From Methanothermobacter thermautotrophicus str. Delta H (GTDB taxonomy: Archaea > Methanobacteriota > Methanobacteria > Methanobacteriales > Methanothermobacteraceae), in NCBI RefSeq assembly GCF_000008645.1, contig NC_000916.1:1530001-1562000 (forward strand): 32,000 bases of DNA. The letters are read 5' to 3'. The notes below the pieces were generated by a model. That model ran no database searches and was not told where the DNA came from. It worked only from the letters and a program-made list of their open reading frames with translations. The first letter of the stretch is position 1; every line of letters starts with the position of its first letter. This document shows positions 18,806 to 27,940 of this stretch, piece by piece. A program made the position numbers and the translations under genes.

Positions 18806-19432
18806 ATGCTTATCAGAAAAATTACAAGGAAGAATCCCTCCCCTGACGTTCTGGAGGAGGCAATATCTGTGATGGAGGGGGGCGGGATCGTTATATACCC
18901 CACAGACACAATATATGGCCTCGGAGTTAATGCACTGGATGAGGACGCGGTAAGAAGGCTCTTCAGGGTCAAGGGGAGGTCACCCCATAAACCGGTATCA
19001 ATATGTGTATCCTGTGTTGATGAGATTCCCAGATTTTCAAGGCCATCCGGGGATGCGATGGAGTTAATGGAGAGGATACTCCCGGGTCCCTACACGGTGG
19101 TCCTTGAGAGGAATGAGCTCATCCCCGATGTGATAACAGGGGGATCGTCGAGGGTGGGGATAAGGGTCCCGGACGATGAGATATGCAGACGTATCGCAGC
19201 AAGGTTTCCGGTGACAGCCACCAGTGCAAATATATCAGGTAAACCGCCCTCACCAAGGCTTGAGGAGATTGTCAGGGACCTGGATGCTGTGGACCTGGTG
19301 CTTGATGCAGGGGACTGCCTGGACATGGAGCCATCCACTGTGATTGACCTCACAGTAAACCCTCCAAGGGTTCTGAGGAGGGGTAAGGGTCCTCTTGACC
19401 CTGTACTCCTGAGAGGGGCTGGAGATGTATGA
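18806..19432 (+). CDS. tsaC: L-threonylcarbamoyladenylate synthase (YrdC/Sua5 family, short form)
   Basis: 208-aa ORF with YrdC-domain motifs (VIYPTDTIYGLGVNA, KGRSPHKP, SANISG). Confidence 0.9.
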   Translation: MLIRKITRKNPSPDVLEEAISVMEGGGIVIYPTDTIYGLGVNALDEDAVRRLFRVKGRSPHKPVSICVSCVDEIPRFSRPSGDAMELMERILPGPYTVVLERNELIPDVITGGSSRVGIRVPDDEICRRIAARFPVTATSANISGKPPSPRLEEIVRDLDAVDLVLDAGDCLDMEPSTVIDLTVNPPRVLRRGKGPLDPVLLRGAGDV

Positions 19433-20133
19433 AGAAATTAAGGGATATGGGTGAAAACCGGAGGATACCCACGGAGTCCTCCATCGACAGGATACTGGGA
19501 GGGGGTGTGGAAAGAAGAACCATAACACAGTTCTATGGACCCCCCGGCTCAGGTAAGACCAACATAACCATCAAACTCGCGGTTGAAACTGCAAGGAGGG
19601 GTAAAAACACGGTTTTCATTGATACAGAGGGCGGTCTTTCTGTTGAGAGAATAAGACAGGTCTCAGGTGATATATTCGACAGGGTTGCAGATAGCATCAT
19701 AGTATTTGAACCCTCAAGCTTTACAGAGCAGGGTGAGGCACTTCAGAGGACATTTTCATTCCTCAAAACACATGGGGACTCAACTGACCTGGTGGTCCTT
19801 GACTCTGCGGTCGCCCTCTACAGATTGAAGGAGGGCAATGCATCCAGCTTTAACCTTGACCTTGGAAGGCAGATGTTCCTCCTTCTACAGATGGCCAGAA
19901 GGTTTGACCTTGCAGCTGTCATAACCAACCAGATATACTCCATTACGGGGGACGATGGAAGGGAATATGTGAGTCCTGTTGGCGGCACCCTCCTCCGTTA
20001 CTGGTCCAAGGTCATGGTCGAGCTTGAGATGGGTGAGAGACCTGGTGAGAGATTCGCTGTTCTCAGGAGGCACAGGAATCGTCTGGAGGGTTCCCGTGTG
20101 GGGTTCAGGATTGTTGCTGATGGCATTCTATGA
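19429..20133 (+). CDS. radB: DNA repair and recombination protein RadB
   Basis: 234-aa RecA-fold ORF (GPPGSGKTN, LVVLDS) of the short archaeal RadB size. ATGA overlap with the tsaC stop. Confidence 0.9.
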   Translation: MKKLRDMGENRRIPTESSIDRILGGGVERRTITQFYGPPGSGKTNITIKLAVETARRGKNTVFIDTEGGLSVERIRQVSGDIFDRVADSIIVFEPSSFTEQGEALQRTFSFLKTHGDSTDLVVLDSAVALYRLKEGNASSFNLDLGRQMFLLLQMARRFDLAAVITNQIYSITGDDGREYVSPVGGTLLRYWSKVMVELEMGERPGERFAVLRRHRNRLEGSRVGFRIVADGIL

Positions 20134-20340
20134 ACCATGACTGGACTGTTTTTAGCCAGCTGTAGGATAATGTGGCCTGATTTTATTACAGAGGCTCCTC
20201 TGGTAAACAAAGTTTATTAAGAGGTTTGTTTAATATGGTATAAGAAACCCTAAAGTGGAGTTTAATTGAGGTTCAGCCTCGGGTAGGTAAGAGAAGCCTT
20301 CTTCTCTTTCGCATGGATACTCCTGTGCTGATGTGATAAA

Positions 20341-21498
20341 ATGATTTCTCCTAAAAAATATGCTAAAGCTGCAAAAGTGCCACCAAATGGCTTTAAAACT
20401 TCAAATGAGTTTTTTAACTACGTCTTTAAGGATAAAGAAATGATATGGATGGGTCAGAACACCAACCATCTTCATGATCACTCTGAAATAGCGGAAGCCA
20501 TGATTGAATGCATAAATGAGGGCAGCTACTGCAAGTATCCACCACCTGAAGGCTTTCCTGAGCTTAAGGAACTTGTACTGAAGGATCTGGGCCTTGGTGA
20601 TGACTTTGAGGCTCTGATAACTGCAGGGGGTACTGAGTCACTCTACCTGTGCATGAACGATATACTTGAACCCGAGGATAATGCCATAACCTGTGACCCG
20701 GGCTACCTGATAATTGACAATTTCGCAAGCAGATTTGCATGCAGCGTAAAATCGGTTCCCATATACAGCAGTGAATGTGACTACAAGTTAACACCCGACC
20801 TTGTACTTGAAAACATGGACCGCGACACCCGTCTCATATCACTCATAGATCCCCTGAATCCGCTGGGTTCCTCGTATACAAGGGATGAGATAAAGGCATT
20901 CGCTGACATAGCTGTGGACCATGACGTTTATCTACTCCACGATATAACCTACAGGGACTTTGCAAGGGAGCACCACCTCGCAGCAGAATATGCACCCGAG
21001 CACACGGTTACTGTCTACAGCTTCTCCAAGATATGTGGAATGGCAGGTCTGAGGATAGGTGCAATTGTTGCAACATCCGATATCATTGAATCAGTCAAGG
21101 GTATAGTCATAAATGATCTCGGTACAAATGTTGTCTCACAGGCAGGTGCAATTGCAGCCCTCAAATCAAAGGCTAAATGGGTTGAAAGGATACGTAATGA
21201 GACCCTCGGTAATCAGAAGATCATTAAGGCTGCCGTCGATGAGGTGGAAGGAGCCTTCCTCCCGGTTTATCCATCAAATGGTAACATGATGGCCATCGAC
21301 ATATATGAAACAGGGGTTAACCCCGTTGACCTTACAGACTACCTGCTTAAGCGGAAGATCTTCGTGAGGCAGGGCGCCTACACCAGCAAGATATTTGGTG
21401 ATAGGTACATACGCCTCAGCTTCTCAATACCAAGAGAGCAGGTCGAGATATTCGCTGAGAACTTTGTGGATGTCATGGAATTCCTGAGACCATCCTGA
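20341..21498 (+). CDS. Class I/II pyridoxal-phosphate-dependent aminotransferase
   Basis: 385-aa ORF with the PLP-lysine motif [14 protein letters not shown] and fold-type I features (NPLG, YxxF). Confidence 0.85.
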   Translation: MISPKKYAKAAKVPPNGFKTSNEFFNYVFKDKEMIWMGQNTNHLHDHSEIAEAMIECINEGSYCKYPPPEGFPELKELVLKDLGLGDDFEALITAGGTESLYLCMNDILEPEDNAITCDPGYLIIDNFASRFACSVKSVPIYSSECDYKLTPDLVLENMDRDTRLISLIDPLNPLGSSYTRDEIKAFADIAVDHDVYLLHDITYRDFAREHHLAAEYAPEHTVTVYSFSKICGMAGLRIGAIVATSDIIESVKGIVINDLGTNVVSQAGAIAALKSKAKWVERIRNETLGNQKIIKAAVDEVEGAFLPVYPSNGNMMAIDIYETGVNPVDLTDYLLKRKIFVRQGAYTSKIFGDRYIRLSFSIPREQVEIFAENFVDVMEFLRPS

Positions 21499-21508
21499 TA
21501 ACCCTTTC

Positions 21509-21514
21509 TTTTTT
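21509..21514 (+). terminator. Oligo-T terminator after the aminotransferase gene
   Basis: A T6 run lies 11 nt after the stop codon. Confidence 0.45.
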
Positions 21515-21680
21515 CAGGCCTTTAGAATTTAATAAAGGCAGATGTCTTTGAGGTAATATGCATCCGATGATCTTCTGAATATTCTCTTCAACAGCTATTC
21601 ACAGGGATATCCAGATTGCTGGCGTTCAGGGGTGATTAATCGATTAGACCCTCTAAAATATCCTGTTTTCAGACCGTTTT

Positions 21681-21686
21681 AAAAAA
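21681..21686 (-). terminator. Oligo-T terminator after ABCE1
   Basis: A6 on the plus strand equals T6 on the minus strand, about 40 nt past the ABCE1 stop. It is preceded by a short GC hairpin (GGGCC..GGUCC). Confidence 0.4.
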
Positions 21687-21727
21687 GGAGCTGTGAGGGA
21701 CCGCTGCAGGGCCCCCTAAGTCGCTGT

Positions 21728-23515
21728 TTATTCTGTTTTCAGATAGTAATACTCACCAAGTTCCTTCTGCTCCCTGTCAAGGAAACTTCCAGGCTTGTTG
21801 ACCCTGGGCCTTCTCGTCTCCTTGTCCCTCCGGAAGGTTATGCCCACCTCTCCGAGGAAGGCGTTCATGGCATCCCTGAGCTCTGTGGGAGCTGACGCAT
21901 GTCCCTCCACTCCTGGCATTCCACTGAAGACCATGGCCCTGTCTGATACATAGTCAATGAATATTATATCATGGTCTATGATCATTGCAGAGGAATTACT
22001 CCCCTCAATGATCCTCCTTATGGCCTTGGCAGCCATCAGGCGCTGTTCAACGTCAAGGAAGGCTGTCGGCTCGTCAAGAACATAGAGATCAGCTTCTCTG
22101 GAGAGTGCAACCGCAACAGCAAGGCGCTGCAGCTCACCACCACTCAGCCCACTCACAGGTTTATCAAGTATCTCCTCCAGGTTGAAGGGCCTCATGATCT
22201 CGCTTTTGAAGAGATTTGAACCATATGATGGGGCGTTTGCATAGAGAAATTCCTCAACGGTTCCTGTGTAGTCTGATGAGAGGTACTGTGGCTTGTAGGA
22301 TATCTTTATCTTCTTTTTAACCTTCCCCTCATCTGGTTTTTCAACACCTGCAAGGATCTTGGCGAAGGTTGTTTTACCTATACCGTTGGGTCCGAAGGCC
22401 GTGATCACCTCATTGAGGTAAATGGTGCCCTCATCCACATCAAGTTTAAATTCAGGGTATGCCCTGCTGAGGGCTGTGTACTCTGCAAGTATGTCACCCG
22501 CCTCCCCGACCCTTGGGGGTTTCACCTTGAATTCTATCTCATGTTTACGGAATCTGACATTCTCCTCCCTTAGGAAGCCCCTTATGTATGTGTTGATACC
22601 GACACGCACGCCCCTCCGGTTGGATACGACCCCGTAGGCACCGGGTTTACCGTAGAGGATATGGACGTAGTCTGACATTGCATCGAGGGCGGCCATGTCA
22701 TGCTCTATCACCATGACAGACTTACCTGCCTCTGCAAGGGACCTTATTACCTTTACTGCATTGAGCCTCTGCCTAACGTCAAGCCAGGATGTTGGTTCGT
22801 CGAAGTAGTAGAAGTCTGCCTCCCTCAGTGCCGCGGCTGCAATGGCCACACTCTGGAGCTCCCCTCCGCTGAGGTTTGAAATCTCCCTGCCCATTATTTC
22901 CCGTATCTCGAGGGTTTCAATGACCTCATCGGTCCTGTCCGAGTCTATACCTGTTAGAAGATCCTCAACCTTCCCCTTAACATAGCGGGGGATCCTGTCT
23001 ACCATCTGGGGCTTATGGACAACACTTATTTCTCCTTTACTCAGTCTCTGGAAGTAATTCTGGAGCTGGGACCCCCTGAAATGGTTTATTATTTCGTCCC
23101 AGCCCGGAGGGTCCTGGAAGTCACCCAGGTTCGGCCGCAGTTCCCCTGACAGTATCCTTACGATGGTGGATTTACCGATACCGTTGGGCCCTATTAGTCC
23201 AACAACGTCTCCGGAGGTGACTGCTGGAATCCCAAAGAGTTCAAACTGGTTCTGCCCGTAACGGTGCACAGGGTTTTCAAGTGCCTCCGGGAGGTTGATA
23301 ACACTTATTGCCTTGAAAGGACATCTCTTTGTGCATATACCGCATCCCGAGCACAGCTCCTCGGATATTATGGGCTTCTTTGTCTTTTCGTCGATTGTTA
23401 TTGTGTCCTCATCCATCCTCACGCCTGGACAGTATTCTATGCAGACGTAGTTGCATTTCTTTGGCTGACACCTATCATGATCGAGTATTGAGATTCTGGT
23501 CAATTTTATCACCAT
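21728..23515 (-). CDS. ABCE1 / RNase L inhibitor homologue (ribosome recycling ATPase)
   Basis: N-terminal 2x4Fe-4S domain ([27 protein letters not shown]) and two ABC NBDs ([18 protein letters not shown], 2x LSGGELQ). I start at ATG 23515 ([16 protein letters not shown]). The 28-codon upstream extension in the track has no homologue-like sequence. Confidence 0.95.
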   Translation of the reverse strand: MVIKLTRISILDHDRCQPKKCNYVCIEYCPGVRMDEDTITIDEKTKKPIISEELCSGCGICTKRCPFKAISVINLPEALENPVHRYGQNQFELFGIPAVTSGDVVGLIGPNGIGKSTIVRILSGELRPNLGDFQDPPGWDEIINHFRGSQLQNYFQRLSKGEISVVHKPQMVDRIPRYVKGKVEDLLTGIDSDRTDEVIETLEIREIMGREISNLSGGELQSVAIAAAALREADFYYFDEPTSWLDVRQRLNAVKVIRSLAEAGKSVMVIEHDMAALDAMSDYVHILYGKPGAYGVVSNRRGVRVGINTYIRGFLREENVRFRKHEIEFKVKPPRVGEAGDILAEYTALSRAYPEFKLDVDEGTIYLNEVITAFGPNGIGKTTFAKILAGVEKPDEGKVKKKIKISYKPQYLSSDYTGTVEEFLYANAPSYGSNLFKSEIMRPFNLEEILDKPVSGLSGGELQRLAVAVALSREADLYVLDEPTAFLDVEQRLMAAKAIRRIIEGSNSSAMIIDHDIIFIDYVSDRAMVFSGMPGVEGHASAPTELRDAMNAFLGEVGITFRRDKETRRPRVNKPGSFLDREQKELGEYYYLKTE

Positions 23516-23611
23516 GGATACCGGGATGAAAAAATCAGTCCTGGAATGATTATGGTTTCTCCGGTTAATAAGGTTACTTAAACAAGGAGGGAAACGCATC
23601 CCCTCTGAAGG

Positions 23612-23636
23612 AAAAAGGCGGTGAAAAAATTAAAAA
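23612..23636 (-). terminator. Cluster of oligo-T tracts after the histone gene
   Basis: Three T5-T6 runs on the minus strand, 19-43 nt downstream of the histone stop. Confidence 0.5.
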
Positions 23637-23654
23637 TAAGAAATATATGACCGT

Positions 23655-23861
23655 CTATAACTTTTTAGCGGCCAGTTCTATGTCTGATGCTTTAACAGTT
23701 TTTCTGCCGGCGTGCTTTGCAAGTTTAACAGCTTCTTTTGCTATTTCTTCGCCTTTTTCTTCCAGAATCTTTGCAAGTGCTTCCCTTGCGTCGTCGCTTA
23801 TTCTCTGGGCACCGGCATTTTTTATGATTCTCCCAACTGGTGCTATGGGTAATTCGGCCAT
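23655..23861 (-). CDS. Archaeal histone (HMf/HMt family)
   Basis: 68 aa ([35 protein letters not shown]...[19 protein letters not shown]), a canonical histone fold. GAGGTGAT SD 4 nt upstream. Confidence 0.95.
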   Translation of the reverse strand: MAELPIAPVGRIIKNAGAQRISDDAREALAKILEEKGEEIAKEAVKLAKHAGRKTVKASDIELAAKKL

Positions 23862-24113
23862 AATATCACCTCAGTTCTATATTTAACTCAATAGTATTTA
23901 AATTTATCGTTTTTTCGGCTCTTTTTTGCATCCATATCATGATTCTATATCACTCAGCCTCGGAGAATTTCACTGTAACACTAACACACACCGGTTGCTG
24001 TGTAAGGATCATGATGGTTAACATGTGCATCAGATGGTTGCTGGTAGCTTCCCGTTTCCTCAGCTTGGAAATCATTATTAGCGGTAAGGAAGATAGAACC
24101 CAGTGGTGGGAAA

Positions 24114-24452
24114 ATGAAACAGGTCATAATAGTGAGATCCGATCTGAAGATGGGGAAGGGTAAAATAGCAGCCCAGGCCTGTCATGCTTCCATAGGATCA
24201 TTTAAAAGGACTGAAGAGGATAAAATAAGAAAATGGGAACTTGAAGGCTCAAAGAAGGTCATTGTTTCTGTGAATAGTCTTGATGAACTGCTTGAGATAT
24301 ACAGGGCTGTTAAGGAGGCGGGAATCTCAAACTACCTGGTGAGGGATGCGGGACACACCCAGATACCAGCCGGCACCATAACCTGCCTTGGGATAGGCCC
24401 CGATGACGATGAGAAGATAGATAAAATAACAGGTGATCTGAAGCTGCTTTAG
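24114..24452 (+). CDS. pth2: Peptidyl-tRNA hydrolase, archaeal type (Pth2)
   Basis: 112 aa ([26 protein letters not shown]...), typical of Pth2. Confidence 0.9.
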   Translation: MKQVIIVRSDLKMGKGKIAAQACHASIGSFKRTEEDKIRKWELEGSKKVIVSVNSLDELLEIYRAVKEAGISNYLVRDAGHTQIPAGTITCLGIGPDDDEKIDKITGDLKLL

Positions 24453-24490
24453 CTGTGAGGTCCTTCCAGCAGATTAATCAGGTGTTTACC

Positions 24491-25141
24491 ATGGAGTGGG
24501 TTGTTAAGATAGGTGGAAGCCTTTTTCCAGAACATGCCGCAGCCCTCCTTGAGAGCCTTGAGGGTACCGGTGCGGCTGTGGTCTGTGGTGGGGGTGCCTT
24601 TGCAGATATGGTGCGATACCATGATAGGAAATTCGGTTTTTCTGATACTGCAAATCATGAGGCAGCCATAATGTGCATGGACATAACTGGAAGGCTCATT
24701 TCAGATCTTGTGGAATCCGCAGTCCCTGTGAGGACTGTTACAGATTGCAGAGAAGCTATCAAGAGGGGTTTAACCCCCGTTATACTTCCTTCGGGGCTTC
24801 TGCGTTACACTGACCCTGCTGAACACTCATGGAGGGTTACCTCTGATTCCCTCTCACTCATGATCGCCCATATGCTGAAAGCGAAACTTTTAATAGCAAC
24901 AGATGTAGATGGTATATACACTGAGAGGCCACCTGCCAGTGATGCTAAACTTATAAATGATATAAGTGCTAAAGACTTACTATCTTTTGGTGAGACATCA
25001 GTGGATGAAGCACTACCTGAACTTCTGATTGAACTGAAATCTGATTGTTATGTTGTAAATGGGAAATATCCCTCCAGGGTGCTGTCCATTTTAAGGGCAG
25101 GTGCTTCGGAATGTGTATGTACAGTTATAAGAGGTGATTAG
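24491..25141 (+). CDS. Amino-acid-kinase-fold kinase, possibly [5-(aminomethyl)furan-3-yl]methyl phosphate kinase (MfnE-like)
   Basis: AAK-fold motifs (VVKIGGSLF, VCGGGAFAD, ATDVDGIYT). ATG 24491 with AGGTG 6 nt upstream is preferred over the track GTG at 24455. The MfnE assignment rests only on recollection of the archaeal AAK subfamily. Confidence 0.55.
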   Translation: MEWVVKIGGSLFPEHAAALLESLEGTGAAVVCGGGAFADMVRYHDRKFGFSDTANHEAAIMCMDITGRLISDLVESAVPVRTVTDCREAIKRGLTPVILPSGLLRYTDPAEHSWRVTSDSLSLMIAHMLKAKLLIATDVDGIYTERPPASDAKLINDISAKDLLSFGETSVDEALPELLIELKSDCYVVNGKYPSRVLSILRAGASECVCTVIRGD

Positions 25142-25303
25142 ATGACCAAGATGGAATGCACATCCTGTAAACAGGAGATACCTCTGGTTGAGACCTATGT
25201 GAAATTTGAATGCCCAATGTGCGGTGAAATGATCTACAGGTGCCAGAAGTGCAGGACCTTCGGCCACACCTACAGGTGCAAGTGTGGATTCGAGGGACCA
25301 TAG
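25142..25303 (+). CDS. Small double Zn-ribbon protein (COG2888-like, translation-associated)
   Basis: Not in the ORF track (53 aa). Own translation: [53 protein letters not shown], with four Cys pairs. It starts immediately after the preceding stop and lies next to ef1b, as I recall for other archaea. Confidence 0.6.
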   Translation: MTKMECTSCKQEIPLVETYVKFECPMCGEMIYRCQKCRTFGHTYRCKCGFEGP

Positions 25304-25354
25304 GAAAAATATATAAATCAGTATTAATTTAATACTTTCTAGGGAGGTATTATT

Positions 25355-25624
25355 ATGGGAGATGTAGTAGCCACCATAAAGGTGATGCCTGAGAGCCCTG
25401 ATGTTGATCTTGAGGCCCTTAAAAAGGAGATCCAGGAAAGAATACCTGAGGGTACAGAACTTCACAAAATAGACGAGGAACCCATAGCATTCGGTCTCGT
25501 GGCCCTCAATGTTATGGTTGTTGTTGGTGACGCCGAGGGCGGAACAGAGGCTGCTGAGGAGAGCCTTTCCGGGATTGAGGGTGTCAGCAATATAGAGGTT
25601 ACTGATGTAAGAAGGCTGATGTGA
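25355..25624 (+). CDS. ef1b: Translation elongation factor aEF-1 beta
   Basis: 89 aa (MGDVVATIKVMPESPDVDLEALK...FGLVALNV...), the canonical aEF-1beta. GGGAGG SD upstream. Confidence 0.95.
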   Translation: MGDVVATIKVMPESPDVDLEALKKEIQERIPEGTELHKIDEEPIAFGLVALNVMVVVGDAEGGTEAAEESLSGIEGVSNIEVTDVRRLM

Positions 25625-25680
25625 TCTTGCCTTTCCTGTATTGCAGCAGGTTAGTGATGTAAGAAGGCTGATGTGATCTT
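25596..25680 (+). repeat. Tandem direct repeat: 33-nt copy of the ef1b 3' end (25596-25628) repeated at 25648-25680
   Basis: aggttaCtgatgtaagaaggctgatgtgatctt versus aggttaGtgatgtaagaaggctgatgtgatctt: 32/33 identical, period 52 nt. Confidence 0.85.
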
Positions 25681-25713
25681 AAAGCCTTTCTTACACACTT
25701 CAGATCATCTCAG

Positions 25714-26907
25714 GTGATGGGGATAATTGAAATCCTTTTTGCCTGTCTTCTTGGAGTCATAACCGGTGCATTGACGGGTCTGATCCCGGGTATCCATGTT
25801 AATACCGTTGGGGCGTTCATTTTCGCAGCATCAGGCCAGATTCTGGGTTTCCTCCCGGAGGAGGTTCTGGCTGTTTTTTTATTATCACTCTCTGTAACCC
25901 ACGCCCTCCTTGAGTTCATACCCTCAACCCTGCTGGGGGTTCCAGATGAGGCAACAGCTCTATCAGTTCTCCCGGGGCACCGTATGGTTCTTGAGGGGAG
26001 GGCTGGTGAGGCAATAAGGGCTGCAACAGTTGGTGGTGTTGGCGGAATCCTGCTGACCATAATCCTTTTACCATTTCTCCTCCTGGCGTTACCACCCCTC
26101 TATGGATTTATCAGACCACACATCTGGTTAATCCTCATACTTGTTTCGGGTTACATGATGCTTAAGCTCAGCAGGAATTTTGAAACACTGCTCTGGGCAG
26201 TTATACTCTTTCTTTTCTCAGGGGCGATGGGTTGGATTATTTTCCAGGCCCCAATATCCCCGGGACTTGGTCTGATGACCCTGTTCACAGGTTTCTTCGG
26301 TCTCAGCACCATGGTCTACAGTTTCAGTTCGGGATCATATCTACCTGAGCAGGAAATAGAGCCATTCACAGAGTTTGATGGTGGCACCGCCAGGTCTGTT
26401 CTTGCAGGTGGACTTGCATCCGTCCTTCTGGGATTCCTACCAGGTTTTGGACCCGCCCAGGGCGGTATGATAGCATGTTCCCTCACGGGTTCGGGAGGAG
26501 AGGATTCACCGGGGGACTTCATAACTGCACTTTCATGCCTTAACACCTCGGATGCCCTCTTTTCCCTGCTGACACTCTACATAATTGGAAACCCCAGAAG
26601 CGGCATTGCTGTCTATATATCCCAGATCATGCAGGATATCGACGCCGGCCACATCTTCCTTTTCATATCAGCCTCCCTCCTGGCGGTATCTCTGGCGGCT
26701 GTAATATCCATCAGGGCTGCTGATTATCTCTGCGCCAATCTCTCAGGAATCAATTACGGAAAAATTTCACTGGTGGTCATGCTCTTCATGACGGCATCCG
26801 TATTCGTTTTTGCAGTCATGGAGGGGGCCAGCATACCATTCATTGCCCTGGCACTTATAGCATCAACGTCCTTCGGAACTAATACCCCACTGTACCGGTA
26901 CAAGTAA
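25714..26907 (+). CDS. TctA-family/DUF112 integral membrane protein (COG1784-like); the C-terminal end is probably frameshifted
   Basis: 397-aa polytopic membrane ORF with N-terminal GLIPGIHVNT. The expected conserved C-terminal segment (SKSHLMGVLVIPAVAVYMGI) is encoded in the +1 frame up to 26965. Confidence 0.65.
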   Translation: MMGIIEILFACLLGVITGALTGLIPGIHVNTVGAFIFAASGQILGFLPEEVLAVFLLSLSVTHALLEFIPSTLLGVPDEATALSVLPGHRMVLEGRAGEAIRAATVGGVGGILLTIILLPFLLLALPPLYGFIRPHIWLILILVSGYMMLKLSRNFETLLWAVILFLFSGAMGWIIFQAPISPGLGLMTLFTGFFGLSTMVYSFSSGSYLPEQEIEPFTEFDGGTARSVLAGGLASVLLGFLPGFGPAQGGMIACSLTGSGGEDSPGDFITALSCLNTSDALFSLLTLYIIGNPRSGIAVYISQIMQDIDAGHIFLFISASLLAVSLAAVISIRAADYLCANLSGINYGKISLVVMLFMTASVFVFAVMEGASIPFIALALIASTSFGTNTPLYRYK

Positions 26908-26984
26908 ATCCCATCTCATGGGTGTACTTGTTATCCCGGCAGTGGCGGTCTACATGGGTATCTAGAGTGTATTCAGCATCAGAT

Positions 26985-27923
26985 TTATCTTATCAGAAGG
27001 GTGTTTTCTGCAAGTCTCTTTGCAGCATCAATAAATTCGCGGGGATCAACACCAGGGAAGGGGTCCACGATGCAGAGTTCAAACCTCTCATCAATGAGAT
27101 CTGGCAGTTCCCTTATATCACGGTTGTAGACCCTGAACCCTTCATGGAATCCATTGACCCTCAGGTTCAGTCGGGTCATCTCACAGGCTTCCCTCCAGAT
27201 ATCATTGAATACAACGTTCCGGGCACCGGCCATAAGGGAGAATATCCCCAGGGTTCCCGGGCCGCATGTTGCATCCAGCACATTCTCAGGGCGCAGTGAG
27301 AGTATCTCACGTGCAGCAGTCTGAATCTTAAGGTTCTTTCCGGATGAAAACTCTATGTGGAGTCTGCTCTGCCTCCTGTATATTGATAGAGCTCCGGAAG
27401 GTGTTTCAATGATGTCACACCTCATATCGCAACCCGCAAGGAGCTCATATACATGGGGTCTGGTGCCGGAGTCCATCATCCCGGGAACAGTGCGCATATC
27501 ACCCCTTAAAACACCCTTGACCTCTGGAACGTCTTCCATGATTGTTTCAGCGGTTCCTTTATCAACATGGGGTGATAAAATAACAAGAGAGCGCTCTGGA
27601 AGGAATGGTGCAGATTCAAGGGGTAAAGCTGGAGTTATCAGGGGAGCCCCGATATCCCTGAGTCTGGCATCTTCAGGTACACATCCCTCCCTTATCATAA
27701 TCCCTGCGACATGGGCCATGACAGCGTCAAGATGCCTCCGGCCGCATTTACAAAACCTGAGAACTGAACCGGATACGCCCTTAACGGGTCTGAACTTACT
27801 CAGGTGGGGGTCAATGCACCCATCGCAGGGGCCGTAAATATCAACACCGCCCCTGTAGGCAGGGAGGTCCTCCCCACAGACGGGACACCTTGCTGACATA
27901 CACTTAAATATTATCCTCCACAT
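26985..27923 (-). CDS. SAM-dependent methyltransferase (Trm1-like catalytic motifs) with a Cys-rich N-terminal domain
   Basis: Motif I VLDATCGPGTLG, NDI...A, and a post-IV motif IVDPFPG resembling Trm1 D-P-F-G. N-terminal CPVCG...CDGC...CKCGRRH. The start may be the second ATG at 27899 (MSARCPVCG). Confidence 0.7.
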   Translation of the reverse strand: MWRIIFKCMSARCPVCGEDLPAYRGGVDIYGPCDGCIDPHLSKFRPVKGVSGSVLRFCKCGRRHLDAVMAHVAGIMIREGCVPEDARLRDIGAPLITPALPLESAPFLPERSLVILSPHVDKGTAETIMEDVPEVKGVLRGDMRTVPGMMDSGTRPHVYELLAGCDMRCDIIETPSGALSIYRRQSRLHIEFSSGKNLKIQTAAREILSLRPENVLDATCGPGTLGIFSLMAGARNVVFNDIWREACEMTRLNLRVNGFHEGFRVYNRDIRELPDLIDERFELCIVDPFPGVDPREFIDAAKRLAENTLLIR

Positions 27924-27940
27924 ATTAAAGGTTGAGTACT

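Noticed and set aside
20189-20308. A palindrome CAGAGGCTCCTCTG (20189-20202) and a small hairpin AGAGAAG-CCTT-CTTCTCT (about 20290-20307) upstream of the aminotransferase gene, considered as a possible ncRNA or riboswitch.
   Set aside because: The stems are short and isolated, and I recognise no riboswitch consensus. They are insufficient to support an RNA gene call.
23516-23599. A 28-codon N-terminal extension of ABCE1 in the ORF track ([28 protein letters not shown]).
   Set aside because: ABCE1 homologues begin at the Fe-S domain ([16 protein letters not shown]). The extension is simply open reading frame upstream of the real ATG at 23515.
23939-24163. A 74-aa ORF in the histone-pth2 intergenic region that overlaps the pth2 start.
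   Set aside because: There is no SD, the composition is odd, and it is out of frame with and overlaps the well-supported pth2 start. The region is better explained as promoter or leader sequence.
25596-25680. A possible C/D-box sRNA (UGAUGU and CUGA motifs) or a mini-CRISPR, suggested by the 52-nt-period repeats here and at 18712-18799.
   Set aside because: The box spacing does not fit C/D sRNA architecture (7 nt between the C-like and D-like boxes instead of about 12), and no kink-turn pairing is evident. There are only two copies, the repeats derive from adjacent gene termini, and the 15-19-nt spacers are too short for CRISPR.
26922-27299. A 125-aa plus-strand ORF following the permease gene.
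   Set aside because: It is mostly antisense to the methyltransferase gene and is in a different frame from the conserved permease tail. The real signal in this interval is the +1-frame permease C-terminus, reported separately.
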